Positions 1 through 13,000 of a stretch of DNA of 64,000 nucleotides are shown here, in pieces. The notes below the pieces were generated by a model, which saw nothing but the letters and a program-made list of their open reading frames with translations, was not told the DNA's origin and ran no database searches. The stretch is from Phoronis australis (lineage: Eukaryota; Animalia; Phoronida). Made by a program: the position numbers and the translations under genes. Where the stretch lies: NCBI GenBank assembly GCA_002633005.1, contig NMRA01000706.1:28197-92196 (forward strand), written 5' to 3'. Positions within the stretch are counted from its first letter, which is position 1. Each line of letters starts with the position of its first letter.

Positions 1-192
1 ACTCGAAATATAGATGAGATACACTTCAGTTCGAGTACACTCGAAAACTGAGTACGTGCTCGAAATTTCGAGTACACTTTTTTCGAGTATGACATTGAAT
101 ACACCAAAGCTGAGTCTGTACTCGAGTTGAGTATGAAGTGTGAGTTTGAGCATGATTCGAGTCTGAGTACGGAGATTGGAGACCGGGCCCTG
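1..192. mobile_element. Right end of a related TCGA-rich MITE
   Basis: agattggagaccgggccctg at 173-192, preceded by many ctcga/tcgag motifs. Confidence 0.7.
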
Positions 193-1796
193 ATCTGGAA
201 CTGATCTACCACCAGCCTTACAAATTTATATTCCGTCTGATCTGTCGCCTAAAAATGTTGACCGTCAAACAATTAGATTAGTTGTTGCAACTGAAAATAA
301 GTCAACTGATACTCCAGTGCAGTGATTGAAATTTAATTTTTTAATCAGATGCTCGGTTTACTCTTAAGGTAGGTAATCAACATTTGACAAAATGGACAGG
401 GGCATCTCTTGTCCTCAAATTACGACGGGTACGCTGGCCATTTAGGCACTTTAATTTCATTACAATTACAGCCACCTAAGTACATGTAATTAAAGTCCCA
501 GGATTAAGGTGGGGGATGATGGTCACTTGGGCATGTTGACTGCAACCATCTACTCCATTTAACTTTCTCTACAGTGCTTAAAATCACACCCACAATACAA
601 CGACATATGATTATCCCGTGGCGCAAGCAGTGTCGATTTGGGCAACTGAATGAGTATTCAAAAAATAGGATTACAGGAGTATTTCTTTAAGCTGATAACA
701 AATGAAAACATTAACGCCTCCTAAGGCATCCCTCTACGCGGAAAAGGTACTTCTAAGCTTATAGCTACATGTACATGACTGATGGTCTAATCAGTGTGAT
801 ACATGTACATAATTTGCGGGAAAAGCATCCGGCACATGGAGGACCTACATGTATAGTATCATCACAATCTCTACTGGGCCAGCGGTATTGTCTAAGGCCT
901 GGGCAGCCAAGGGGCTGAACAAGTTAAGAAAACACCTGATGATAATTCTGAACACACTTGGAAAGCACTGATATGTACCTTACAAAAACACATACTTGTT
1001 TTTCGAAGCTATAAAGTTGTCACTTCTTTCTCTTTCTTGAAACGTGGTCGATAATATACTTTTCCGGCTTACAAATGATGTGCTCATGTGTCAGAATGTT
1101 CCAATCTTGTTCATGTTAATTTGGTGTTTCAGATTTTGGAAGTAACTTCTACAGCAGTATAGTTGAACATGTTACATGTATGTCAGTGGGCCAATACTGC
1201 TGTTATCTGCACAAATATTTCTGACACCTCTTCTTCTTGTCGATCTTCACTTATCCACAGCCTTCCACATTCCATCACCCTTCGTCAGGATCCTTCTGTA
1301 AGCTTATTCAAGTTCTGGTTATCACAATTTAGTACTGTTTGATAAACCTTGAACTATACAGGGATCACAATCCATGAGAGCTGCCACATTGAAGTTACTA
1401 AGCACAACCATACAATGTGTCTCTCTGATTGGTCAATTTAATTGACAAGCGCCATTAAGTGGCAGGACTGTGCACAATATTTATTTGAACAAACACCTTT
1501 TAAAAAAATGTGCAAGTGTAAACGTGGGAATTTTTTGGAATTTGATTTATAGGTGCATTATCTAGCCACGTACAAAGAACTAGGTTGCCCCCCTAAAGTA
1601 CTCACAATGATGAATGCTATGAGATCCGGCCCATCGCCTACCAATCTTGATGTCATTAACTGCATTTTCTTCTTAAATTTTGACCTTTTCATTCAACTTA
1701 TTCTGATATGTCAATAGTTAGACTTTGCAATAATTCCACTACAAAGGCTTATAATGCACTGAAAATGGTCAATTAGTGCAAAAGTCATCTAATTTT

Positions 1797-2026
1797 CAAG
1801 ACGTTATTTCTCATACATTTTTCAAGGAATTCTCTTTAATTTCAGCATACATGTGTAATCTTAAGTATCAATTNAGCCTGATGAGAGTGAAGGTGGATAA
1901 ATGCGGTGTTCCTACAGTTTCTTGTTTTAGTGGATGTGTTCACGACATGCAAGACGTTATTTCTCATACATTTTTCAAGGAATTCTCTTTAATTTCAGCA
2001 TACATGTGTAATCTTAAGTATCAATT
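1797..2026. other. 77-bp duplication (1797-1873 = 1950-2026) at N1874
   Basis: Identical copies; the first ends exactly at the N. Confidence 0.85.
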
Positions 2027-3720
2027 ACATGCACTACTTTTCTAAATAATCATGCAATCCTATCAGACAAAATAGATCAAATGCATTGAGTGCAAATTTA
2101 AAGTTTTGAACTAGCACTTCCGATTTACATGTGTGATTGGTACATGTAATTGAGTTCCAATTCCAAAAATTCTGGTCATTAGGTGCAACTTGGGTCACTA
2201 AGTGCAGCTCCTTTTCAAAAAAATGGCCACTGTGATTCTCAACAATAACCACACTTTCAGGGACGTTACCATAGTTTCACTAGAAGGGCTCATTGTGGAC
2301 AGGAAAGGGTCAATTACTATTCAGGAAATCTCATTTCATTCAACGTTATTCTTTGTATACCATTTCTTTTCTACTGTAGCAACAGTTAAACAGAATGATC
2401 CCCGTTTTTAATTTCATGTATGAGTTCTGCTTTGGGGCACAAGCCACCGGAAAGTTTGTGAACTTTTCAAAAAGTCTCACTCGTGCAGGGTCATTATTAT
2501 CAATTTCTGACAGAGTGACCTTTCTAGTTTATAACTATCGTTCATCGTTGAAAATGAAAGGCAAAATACACAAGTCGTCCTATGGTTTGAAGTCATGGAC
2601 ATACTTGAATCTAACGGCACCGACGTCGTACCACGACGCATCGATAATTTACTGCAATTTTGCAAGTGCGTGTCTCGTGTGCCCAAATCTGTGGCACCTC
2701 AGGTTCACATATGTGGTGATTACGACTACCCTTTCGCGATTTTTTGTTGGTAAGGCTTGTTGCCGACGCGAAAGATCAATGAACGTTCTCTAATCGACAA
2801 ATTTATTGGAATAGCTAAAAATGCAACACTCATGCGCATAGTCTATCGAGCCAACCTGATATATGTACACTGTTTTCGTGAAGACGGTCGCTGTCCTCTT
2901 TTGGTGTGCCACTGCATACTAGGAATGATGTAAACGCGTGAGTTCCTACTCTTGAATCGCTGGGACAATTATTACATGTGCATGTACGTAAGACAATACT
3001 ACCGTGTACACGCTAGTGTTTTCGTATGCGCATAGATGTCGTTAGGGTACACGATACAGTACATACATTTAGCAGCAACATGTGAGTGACAGATAACTCA
3101 CATGTGTAGCCCGCGCAGCCCCAGACTGAACAAGGGCTTGAAAATTTCTTGGGGACTTAAAATTACTCCATTGAAAGACAAGTCAAGACCGTCGTTCGGC
3201 AAGTAATGTGATTGTCATTTTCATGTTTGCTGTCCTTTGCAATAAAAAAGCGAAATGGAAATTGATGCAGAATTTTACTTACAATTCCATGTCACGATCG
3301 TCTGCCGGGACATTACACGTAAACAGTGAGACAGACCAGTGCCACAGTGCGATGTTGTTGGGGTTATTGTGAGCGGATAATCAGGACATATTTCATATAC
3401 ATGACAGTATAAAAGTTTTTATACCACAGAGTTTGGTAGGTTCACCGGTTTTAGAATTAGTACGAGACGTCGCTGCTGTATGACGCCTTTACATTGGTTC
3501 AAATACTCGGTTCGCTGTGAGATTGGATAGCGATCACAGATCTAAGTGGCTGTTCAATTTGTTGAGTTCCAGGGACTCATAAAGACGGCGATATTTCTGA
3601 CTGCATGGGGACCTTCCTTGAGCTAAGTAATTAATTTCTACTGTCCCAACCGCCAATCAAGGGTTCAGGCTATGGTAAGTGTGAAAATGTGCTGTCTCAC
3701 AGAGAATTGATGTCAATATA

Positions 3721-4617
3721 ATCAAGGTTTTCCGACAAAGCAGGAACCCCTTTGTAAAACATATATCCCGGAATCGAAAATAGACTCCCGGAGCTTCAAG
3801 ACAGCTAAACAGCCCCAAAAATTCGAACCCTGACTTTTAGAATAGGAATTCCGGTGATCGGACAGGACACCCGGGGACCAAAACACCACTTCCTCAATAA
3901 ATCTTCCTACTTTAAATAGTTGTTCTCATATGTTGTTTTACTATCTGAGAATTTTACACAACTTATGACGAATTGGCGTTCTACGTAATTCTGTTTCTTA
4001 AGTTGCGGTGCAATCTTTTACGTCGGCTTTCGGCGCCATGAAATATTTTGCATTACCTATTGGCTACTTTCTTTTTCCACAATTCTTCAATCAGCTGACC
4101 CTCTTGCACGAGGTTGCGTACACTTCACTACAAATTAATCAACAACAGAACTCAAAAGTCGAAATAATATTTTTGTTTTTCAATTTTGAATATAGTTTTG
4201 GAGAAACTGTTGAATAATCTGAAATTAACTAAATATTCACTGAGATAATAACGTGTACATGTCCATTATGGTGAAATTCGCCGACAGACAAGTTACACGA
4301 GTTTTACCGATAAAAATAAAAAAAGCAAAGTCAATATAAGTTACTTTTCATTATTGACAGTTTTTAACAGTCAAACAAATCCAGAAGAAAACTTGGAAGT
4401 CCTTGAAGATCACTTAACTCAATCTTTGAGGCCACTGACAATCTCTGAAAAACTGAAATATTGTCTAGGTTTCCCGTCCGATCCTCAAAGTTCCTATTTT
4501 AAAGCTCAGGGTTCGTGTTTTTGGCTGGTTAGCTGTTTTGAAGGTGTAAGAGTCTGTTTTCAACTCCGGGACATCAGTTTTACACCGGGGTTCTCGTTTC
4601 GATGGAAAAACCCTGAT
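3721..4617. repeat. Diverged inverted pair of ~150-bp repeats (3721-3872 and 4467-4617)
   Basis: The reverse complement of 4467-4617 aligns by eye with 3721-3872 (gtaaaac, tcccgga, cttcaa.acagctaa, cgaaccctga, aataggaa, gatcggac). Confidence 0.65.
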
Positions 4618-6622
4618 AGTTTACGCTGATTGGTCAAGAACATTAGGGGGTTCCCGATGCGGCCACATAACACGGGGGCACAAAAAGTGTTCTAATTAGT
4701 TGCCGGTTGCGTGGAAAAAAACAAAACAAAAAATTAGCGTAATATTACACGTGTTCAACAAGTCTGAAAAGTAGTTTGCTCGTTTTATCCCGTCTTTAAA
4801 TGCTCGGCTTTTTGCAGCATTGACTGATATCTCTACTAGCAAAATATTGGACTTCGATCGCTGAGGTAGTGTGGGTTTGAATTCGTCTGGGTGAGGATCT
4901 CACAATGTCGCCTGCAATATTGTTCAATTTTGGTAAGACAAACAACTGTTATATCGACAATTAGCTACGATCCCACTGCATGACCAAGCCTGCTATACAT
5001 ATTATCAGGAAGAGATAACCAGGAAGGGACAACTAGCTAAACTGCCGTTTTTGGCTTCCTTCCCCGGACTAATTTCAGCACTTAAGTTTCGTTTAAAAGG
5101 AAACAGATGATTTTATCAGAGAGATTAAAGCTTTTCCTATAGAAGGATATCAAAAAACTCACTTTGCAACCTTAAACAGTGGTGTAATTGTACTTTGAAA
5201 ATATCGACTTCAGCGCACGCAATCGCAACTTCCCACACGCAGTCACGGGTAAAGCTTTTCCGTCGATGCATAGATGGTGCAGTAGTCAAGTACTCCCCCA
5301 TTTGCATATCAAATTTGCATGTGGGAGTTCTGAGACTCGTCAGTCGTTGTCGAGCGCTTGAGTGGATAAAGCGGTGACCTCCCGCTGAGAGCACGCGCTG
5401 ATGAAGATACAACAGCTAACTCGATCGCTTCGCTATCAGGAAGTGAAAACACTCTCACGACCGCAGTTCTGAATTTTAGCTAAGCAAGCCCTATTTCGAG
5501 GAGCGGACTTTGAATTGTTTTCGTCCCCTGACTGTGGTTTGCAGAGAAGATTAGAATGAGGTCAACATCGAACTTTCTGCGGCTACCTGTTATGTTGACA
5601 AAAGTGTCAGAACCATAGACGGAGCGCGCGGGGATGTCTATGATCCCTGTTCTTCTTCAGTTGACGAAAACATTGCTATCGGCATGAAGAATGACCGTGG
5701 AAAATTCATTTTGAGGTGGACACCTGTATCCAAGAATAAATATTAATACTCTGTAATATCCCACCCTCCGCGTTTCGTTTCTTTGACGTTGTTTGAGGTT
5801 GCAGTATCGTGAAACAACGCCGTCGGGTGAGAGAAGTTGCACCGAATAACTGGTATTGGCTGCAGTTCTTTCCTTTAGAATGCCCGGACTCACCTGTGCC
5901 GTTTTCTTGGCAAGTCTCTTGCCTGCCGAAATTTTTCTGAGCATTGAAGTCATCGGCCTTCTCCTGCGCCAATCAACCTGTTATCTGCTGCAGAAATGTT
6001 ATGCCTAATTTTCTACCATTTTAGCACACTTTGTGGCTCTGCTATAGTTAGCACTGCCATAATCGTATTTCTTAATTCCGCCACATTATGCATACTTGGA
6101 AGTTAGTTTTGTTAGGTGTTTTTTCCAAATTAAGCCACAACAGTTGTTCATCATTAAATGCCTTAGATTCCTCGACGCCATGGACATTTTCGTCAACACA
6201 AAACGCACCTTAGCCATTCTTAAAAAATCGTATATATGTGCTATAATAGCTTCGAAGGACCGGCAGTAACAGTGGCTGGAATGTCGGCAGCTTCGCGACT
6301 AAGTCTACAGCTAACTCCTGTTGAAATTCTCCATACTTCAAAATTCTTGTTTGCAGGTGCTGATAATTGCCCCCAGTGGTTTTCATAATAAGAGACTAGA
6401 TATCCGAGTTGTCACACACGCCCACTGGCCTGGTGCTGCCTTAAATTTTCACTGGCCACCTTGCTACTGTCGACTTGCGCAATAGCTGAATTAGTGTCCA
6501 CATTTGTGGTCACGTGCCGGGTACAGGCCCATGAGACAAGTTGCAGCAACAAATTCAGTACGAATCCATAAACCCTTTTACATGCACAATTACATGCGCA
6601 AAACTGCTCCTGTATTTCTTAA

Positions 6623-7708
6623 AGGCGAAGGCAACCTTTTTCATGTCATTTTTAGCAAAAATAAGGTTCGTTGATTATCCCAAACATATTTTTCACTTAT
6701 TTACTGCTTTTCGCAATTTTATCAATTACTCGTCGTCTACTCTGGAAGTGACGTTTTGGGAGGCAAGAATTTCGCGCCAATTTCTTTTCATATAGTTTGA
6801 CTGTGAGAGCAGTCGAGTCAGTCATTGTTCTACCTCGGTTGTGATAAGTTCGGCGTCGTTTGCTTTTGCTTACGAGTCAGTTAACATGCCACGCTGTTGC
6901 TGCGTACTGGGGTGTACTCATTATCGTCTCACGTACAGAGGAAGAACTGTCCCACTTGCCCGAGTGTCCCGCGACACACTCCCACTGGTAGGTGATCTGA
7001 GCACCCAAACTGCTTACATCCCGCCGTGTGACTCCCGCACCACACAAAAGGCACCTTCCAAATAGCTCCAATACAAGTCCACAAAAAACTTACCAAACTT
7101 AGGCTCACCGATCTGTTCATTGGATGTCGAATCGTCCTCTTCACTGGGTGTCGAACTGGGCCTATATTCACTCCCACTACGCAACATCTCTGCAGGGCTG
7201 CTTACAGGCTCTGGGCTAGAGACAACAGCACAGGGCGAATCACTGCTTGTTCTCGGAATTGCACGCAATAGGGTACGTTCGGAGGCACGGGTAACAGTAG
7301 ATGAAGTGTCTCCAGTCACTGTATATAGTGGCCACAGCTCGCGAGGCTTCTCGCTTAAAAACGCACTTCTCGGGCTTGGCGACGGGCTCTGCCGGGAATC
7401 AACTGCGACGGTATGGTACCCTTCTTCAGGCGTTGTTTCGCAGTGACCTTCATCAATTCAGCGTACATATCTGTCATAATCTGACGACAGAAAATGCTTG
7501 CCACACACTCGGTAACCCTCCATTGCTTTGTACGTTGCGTGGACGGGTAGCGCTGACTTCTTCACATGAACGAGCTAGCCAAGTACGGCGAAGTGTGTCA
7601 TCCTTCGGAAAGCGACGCAAGGTACCCAAAGCGCGTGTGAGACGATAATGAGTACATCCCGACACGCAGCAACAGAGTGGCATGTTGACTGACTTGTAAA
7701 CAAAAGCA
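6623..7708 (-). mobile_element. Kolobok-type element with degenerate THAP-transposase 5' part; right end lies in the gap
   Basis: TTAA|AGGCGAAGGCAACC terminus. Minus strand from 7683: MPLCCCVSGC...FPKDDTLRRTWL...RVCGKHF...RLKKGTIPS (THAP, frameshifted), then KFFVDL..ELFGRCLLCG...YQWECVAGHSGKWDSS. Confidence 0.8.
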
Positions 7709-8497
7709 NNNNNNNNNNNNNNNNNNNNNNNNNNNNNNNNNNNNNNNNNNNNNNNNNNNNNNNNNNNNNNNNNNNNNNNNNNNNNNNNNNNNNNNNNNNN
7801 NNNNNNNNNNNNNNNNNNNNNNNNNNNNNNNNNNNNNNNNNNNNNNNNNNNNNNNNNNNNNNNNNNNNNNNNNNNNNNNNNNNNNNNNNNNNNNNNNNNN
7901 NNNNNNNNNNNNNNNNNNNNNNNNNNNNNNNNNNNNNNNNNNNNNNNNNNNNNNNNNNNNNNNNNNNNNNNNNNNNNNNNNNNNNNNNNNNNNNNNNNNN
8001 NNNNNNNNNNNNNNNNNNNNNNNNNNNNNNNNNNNNNNNNNNNNNNNNNNNNNNNNNNNNNNNNNNNNNNNNNNNNNNNNNNNNNNNNNNNNNNNNNNNN
8101 NNNNNNNNNNNNNNNNNNNNNNNNNNNNNNNNNNNNNNNNNNNNNNNNNNNNNNNNNNNNNNNNNNNNNNNNNNNNNNNNNNNNNNNNNNNNNNNNNNNN
8201 NNNNNNNNNNNNNNNNNNNNNNNNNNNNNNNNNNNNNNNNNNNNNNNNNNNNNNNNNNNNNNNNNNNNNNNNNNNNNNNNNNNNNNNNNNNNNNNNNNNN
8301 NNNNNNNNNNNNNNNNNNNNNNNNNNNNNNNNNNNNNNNNNNNNNNNNNNNNNNNNNNNNNNNNNNNNNNNNNNNNNNNNNNNNNNNNNNNNNNNNNNNN
8401 NNNNNNNNNNNNNNNNNNNNNNNNNNNNNNNNNNNNNNNNNNNNNNNNNNNNNNNNNNNNNNNNNNNNNNNNNNNNNNNNNNNNNNNNNNNNNNNNN
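7709..8497. other. Assembly gap
   Basis: N run starting inside a Kolobok arm. Confidence 1.
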
Positions 8498-9887
8498 CTG
8501 CTAGTATAGAATCCGCGCACTGATTGACGGGAAAAGAACTTGCACTGCAGGGGTTGAAGTGTGTGCATTTTTGGGACACGCGTTCCATAGCATTTTCCCC
8601 AGCCGCCCGGCAGAATCTGGACCAGTGGCCGTGTTTCAACAAGGAATTTTGATACAGCTCTATAGGCCAAGGATTTCGGGATCATATCTTTCAAAATGTC
8701 TTCAGGAAATGACCGTATTAAAATGAACTTTTCCCGGAACTGGGTCAAAAAATGACCCTGGAGCCAGAACACGGGCATAGGTTCGAGTTAAGCCGCACGT
8801 CTTAAATGAATCATAGCGGAGCTAACCAGCGGCTAGCATTAGTTCGTCAATTGCACATGCATGGATCAGACTTCCAGGCGACTCGGACGCCACGACACCG
8901 GCCACCGTGACCGTGGCGTGAGCAGCTAATTTCTTCACTAACACCTGCTTCTAAATCTGGATTTAAGCAAAATGACGAAATCCACGCTTACACACATGCA
9001 AGCGTATACATATACAATTAAATGCATTTTCATGTGAAACCATTCAATGTTCAAAGAACATTGACTTGTGCGAGTTCCTAATTTTCTTAGATATGCCCAA
9101 TCATTGAGGTAGAACTGCGTTTCAAGTCATTCACTATAGGCACCTGAGGGTACAAATTCGAAGTTCGCGTCGTATGACATCATATGACGTAGGAGATGCG
9201 AGCCTCATTTGCATATATTATTGACATCTGTTGGTTCAAAAAAGAGGATCATGCCCGAGTACATGCCTGGGAAGAGGCATCTTTTGGAAGGGTAAAATAA
9301 GTCATGTTCAAAGCATCCTAGTGCCATTAATATGCACTCTTTGGGGACCAAAGTGGTGTCATTTTATAGCTAAAGCGTTAAGCTTTCAAACACAATGCTT
9401 GGATTTCAGACGACTGTAACATCTACTTTTGAAAGCACTTTTGAAAACACGTTAAAATGCGCTAAAACAGTTGTCCCTTCCTGGTTATCTCTTCCTGATA
9501 TTATGTAGCTACACATGAGGCTACGGCATTTTGATATGAGTGGAGCAAAATAATGTTTTGTAATCTTCGTTAAAGTGACAATATTTTATGTGTGTTGATA
9601 AATGTACGGGGTGGATCTTTGGGGACCTTCTATTCTAACTACGGGATTGCTTGTCTACAAGAGGGTGAGATTTTTTAACAAAATAACATTCGTGTCTTTG
9701 TGAAGATATAACTCTGCCACGCGGTTGGGGTGACGTCAGTACTAAGATGAGTAGGCCTACATGTACTGCATGTATCCTGGAATGTGACCGCGTGTTTTCA
9801 AGGTAATGCTTATCCCATTGCATAACAAATAAACCAACGCACTATTCACCGATGGTTTTAACTGAAACAAACACAAAAATTGAATAC

Positions 9888-10056
9888 CTTGGCATTTCTT
9901 AATCGACATGGCTTCGCTGCGACCGTAATAATTATTATTGTTGTTATCCGATAGTCCAAATTTGTCAGCCGTTACGAAACTTTCGGGAATGGCACCCTCT
10001 TTAACAGCTTGGTTGAGAAGAATTTTAGCCATTTCTGTCTCGCTCTCGTATGCAAC
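9888..10056 (-). CDS. Exon E16 (last exon that can be placed)
   Basis: ctaattttccag|VAYESETEMAKILLNQAVKEG...SIKKCQ|gtattc. The phase-0 acceptor matches the E15 donor. An alternative phase-0 donor lies at 9850. Confidence 0.7.
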
Positions 10057-13000
10057 CTGGAAAATTAGTTGAGTCTATTGTTTTGTTAACAACGGCGGCG
10101 ACAATGATGGTTTTGGTTATGACGGGAATCGTGATGGTTGTGATGGTGGTAATGGCGGCAGTTGAAGTCCTGGCAGTGGTGGTGTTAATGGTAGTGGTCA
10201 CGACGGCGGTGGTGTTGGTGAGGGTCATGATAAACAAACCTTAAAGTGGCTTTAATCCCGCCTTCAACCACAAAAACTTCGATTTAGACTTTTGAATATC
10301 AATGTCACAAAATTTCCGGCCACGCGGTGACCTTGAATGGCTTGAAATAAAATTCTGTGAGCTTGATCTTAAGAATTAAACAACTGTTGGTTTTAGCAGA
10401 GCCCTGAGACCACGCATAGCGGTAAGTGACCTTAATCAAAACTTAGCTGTTGACAGAAAACACGAGTTCATTTAATCTTTAAGTAGGGCTGCTGTTTGGC
10501 TTTGCACGCAGATTGGTTTGAAAGATAGGCGAATTAAGGTTGAGTCGTATTGAAGCACCCTACGAAACGTTTCAATTCCGTGTTTGCAAGCGCAACGATG
10601 AACAAAACCAGTTGAAGAAAAGTACATTAGTCCAAACAAATGTGACGAAAAGTTAGGGGCTTCGGACGTCTATGCAATACCAGTCTGAGAAAGATACACG
10701 GAGATTTTTTTTTTGGATTTGGGACAGTTGAAGTTGGGAGCCTCAGTTCGGCAAAGTATTAATGTCCAACCTTTATTTCTTTATGGTTATGAAATGGAAA
10801 TTCGAGCGCCTATGGTTACAGCCGTTTAAAAGAAAAGCAATCTAATCAATGTAATTTTCTTGCGTAATCCTCCTCCTTTTCTAACAAAGAAAAGTTATGT
10901 CGTCGACTGAAAAACAGTAGGCTCGTGACATGCACACGCGCCATTTCCTGAACTTTTTGCGACATCTCTCGGGAGATGATGACAGCTTGGCAGCAGCAAA
11001 TTTCTCCTGAAATTCCGTTTGCTGTTATCAAAATTCTAAAAACTTATAATGAAGTGAAACCAGTTCCGATAATTTGTTGTGCCGTTTAGGCAACCACGAT
11101 GAAAGAACAACAGTTGATTGTCGAATCGGCGAAAAGAGGAACTGGCCAATAGATGACGCAATATTTCATGGCTCTGAAAGCCGAGGCATAGGATCGCTCC
11201 ACAACTTTAGCTGCAGATTAACGGTAGAACGCCAATTTTTTCCAACACCGGTAAATAATTTAGTGTACTCAAGCAAGGGTATGATTCTTAATGACACTAA
11301 TTTTGTGTCAGATTTTATTTGCATGCGTGCACCCAGGAGGCATGACGGCGACATCCCGTTGCTCCCAACTTGTTCGATTGTATAGCCCAACAACAAGTTG
11401 GGAAGTCTACCCCCTGTATCCAATTAACTCCATTCTAGCGTTGATGGTTAGAGGGCCTGCGCTCTTTTGTTTGATAATTGCTCTAATCTCCCATCAGATC
11501 GTATATAGCGTGACTGGGGTGGGCTGATAAAAATTTAAGTTAAGTTAAGCCAGATATTTTCGCACGTTCAGCACCCCTAGCTTCTGGAAAAGTTACTGAA
11601 CGACAGGTCTCTGTAATGGGGGCTCGGGGGGGCCAACGCACCCCCCCCCCATTTGGCGAAGTGGGCAAAAAGGTCCGCCTCAGAGAAACAAAAAGTTCGA
11701 GAAAACGTGACAAAGGTGCAGACGCACAGTTCTGAAGGTGGTACCCCGTTTTTTTGTAGTCCTCCCAATATTTTGTCAGCTAAAGGTCTGCAGCGACAGA
11801 AATTCGAGCCCCCCATTTGCAAAGCTGGGTGCGCGCATAATTTGTTCAGTTTTTTATAAACATCGGTGCAAAGCTGTCTATTTAGTATACTACTTTGTAC
11901 CAAGGCTAACATTTAGCGCGCCATACATGTATCCTGCAGTACCTTGGCGAGAAGTAACACGAATTTATCCACTTATATCCAGTAAAGTAACTTTACAATC
12001 ACTAGGTAAGTGAATAAGCCCGTGACCAGTGAGCAGACTGACATTTTGGAAGCATTAAATGCATTGATAAAAATACTGTGTCAATAAAAAATCGATATCG
12101 GGTGGGATCGCCGATTTTTAACTTTGGACTTGCAGGCCTGTGCTCTTATACTGAATTGAAACCAAATTTCCCTTTCCTTGTTAAAAATGAACACACCAGC
12201 GAGTTTAATTTTAACAGTAAACTTAAAAAGTCTCTTTTGTTCGACGTACCTGGAGCAGAGAACATTGAACTAGACCAGAAACTTCTCTTCGCAGTTTGTT
12301 GTGCACGTCCCTCACCTTACTGCCGCTACTTGTCAAGCGATGAATAAAGTCCATAGAAATCTTTGACAAGACATGTCGACACACCTTTTGAACTAATTGG
12401 AAAGCTTGGCGGCTTAGCAGCTGGTGGTTAGCATGCACAGCTTCTTCACACACGTGAGGTGTATCGCACGCGATTTGCTTGTCGTCAGGAATACATATGT
12501 TGCAGAACTGGCAAGTTCCAGAGTGAATTGTGCTTTTGGTTTTTGCTACTTCAGGTACTACTGAGTGCAGCAGTTGGTCAACTATGCTTTGGCACAATGT
12601 TACAACTAGTTCATATGCCTGCGCAAAGTGGTCATCAGCTTGAACAGTATCAAATTTTGTGTCCTGGTTCAAACCTGATGACGGGATCCCATATCCGTGG
12701 TGTGTGATGGGATCGTGCAGTATTTCAGACTTTGGCTCATCGGTGTAAGGTACAGGCATGTCTGATCTACTAGGCTGGCCGCCAGCTGTTGTTGGTTCAA
12801 CTGTTCCCTTCTGCAGCGGTCTACTAGATTCAGTTGCACGATCTAAAACTGATTCACTGAATGACACCTTTTTAGCTAGTTTGGATCGTTCAGAACTAGA
12901 CGAGGTTGTTCCTCTGTTGTAAGAAGTCCCGATAATTGACGACTTTAGGACGCCTTTGCTTGGGAACAAGTCATGTCTGCTCTCAGAGACGTCGTCGCTC

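Larger units (their letters stand above)
4996..9507. mobile_element. ~4.5-kb DNA transposon with 39-bp TIRs and 4-bp TSD (Academ-like termini, tentative)
   Basis: TACATA(T/A)TATCAGGAAGAGATAACCAGGAAGGGACAACT at 4996-5034 and inverted at 9469-9507 (38/39 match). GCTA flanks both sides (4992-4995, 9508-9511). Spans an N gap. Confidence 0.75.

Noticed and set aside
900-2800. Coding-like minus-strand fragments as the missing channel-domain exons
   Set aside because: They have frequent stops, no TM runs and no polycystin motifs.
5657-5977. Minus-strand open frame VDWRRRRPMTSMLRK... as the terminal exon of the giant gene
   Set aside because: It lies inside the TIR/TSD-bounded element 4996-9507 and fits only the weaker alternative donor at 9850.
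7474-8778. Long ORFs spanning N gaps (also 31778-32789 and 49408-49909)
   Set aside because: Their length comes from X residues.
10880-11025. Possible extra exon QTEFQEKFAAAKLSSSPERCRKKFRKW
   Set aside because: The phase-0 acceptor is plausible, but there is no convincing donor before the stop. It cannot be supported without RNA data.
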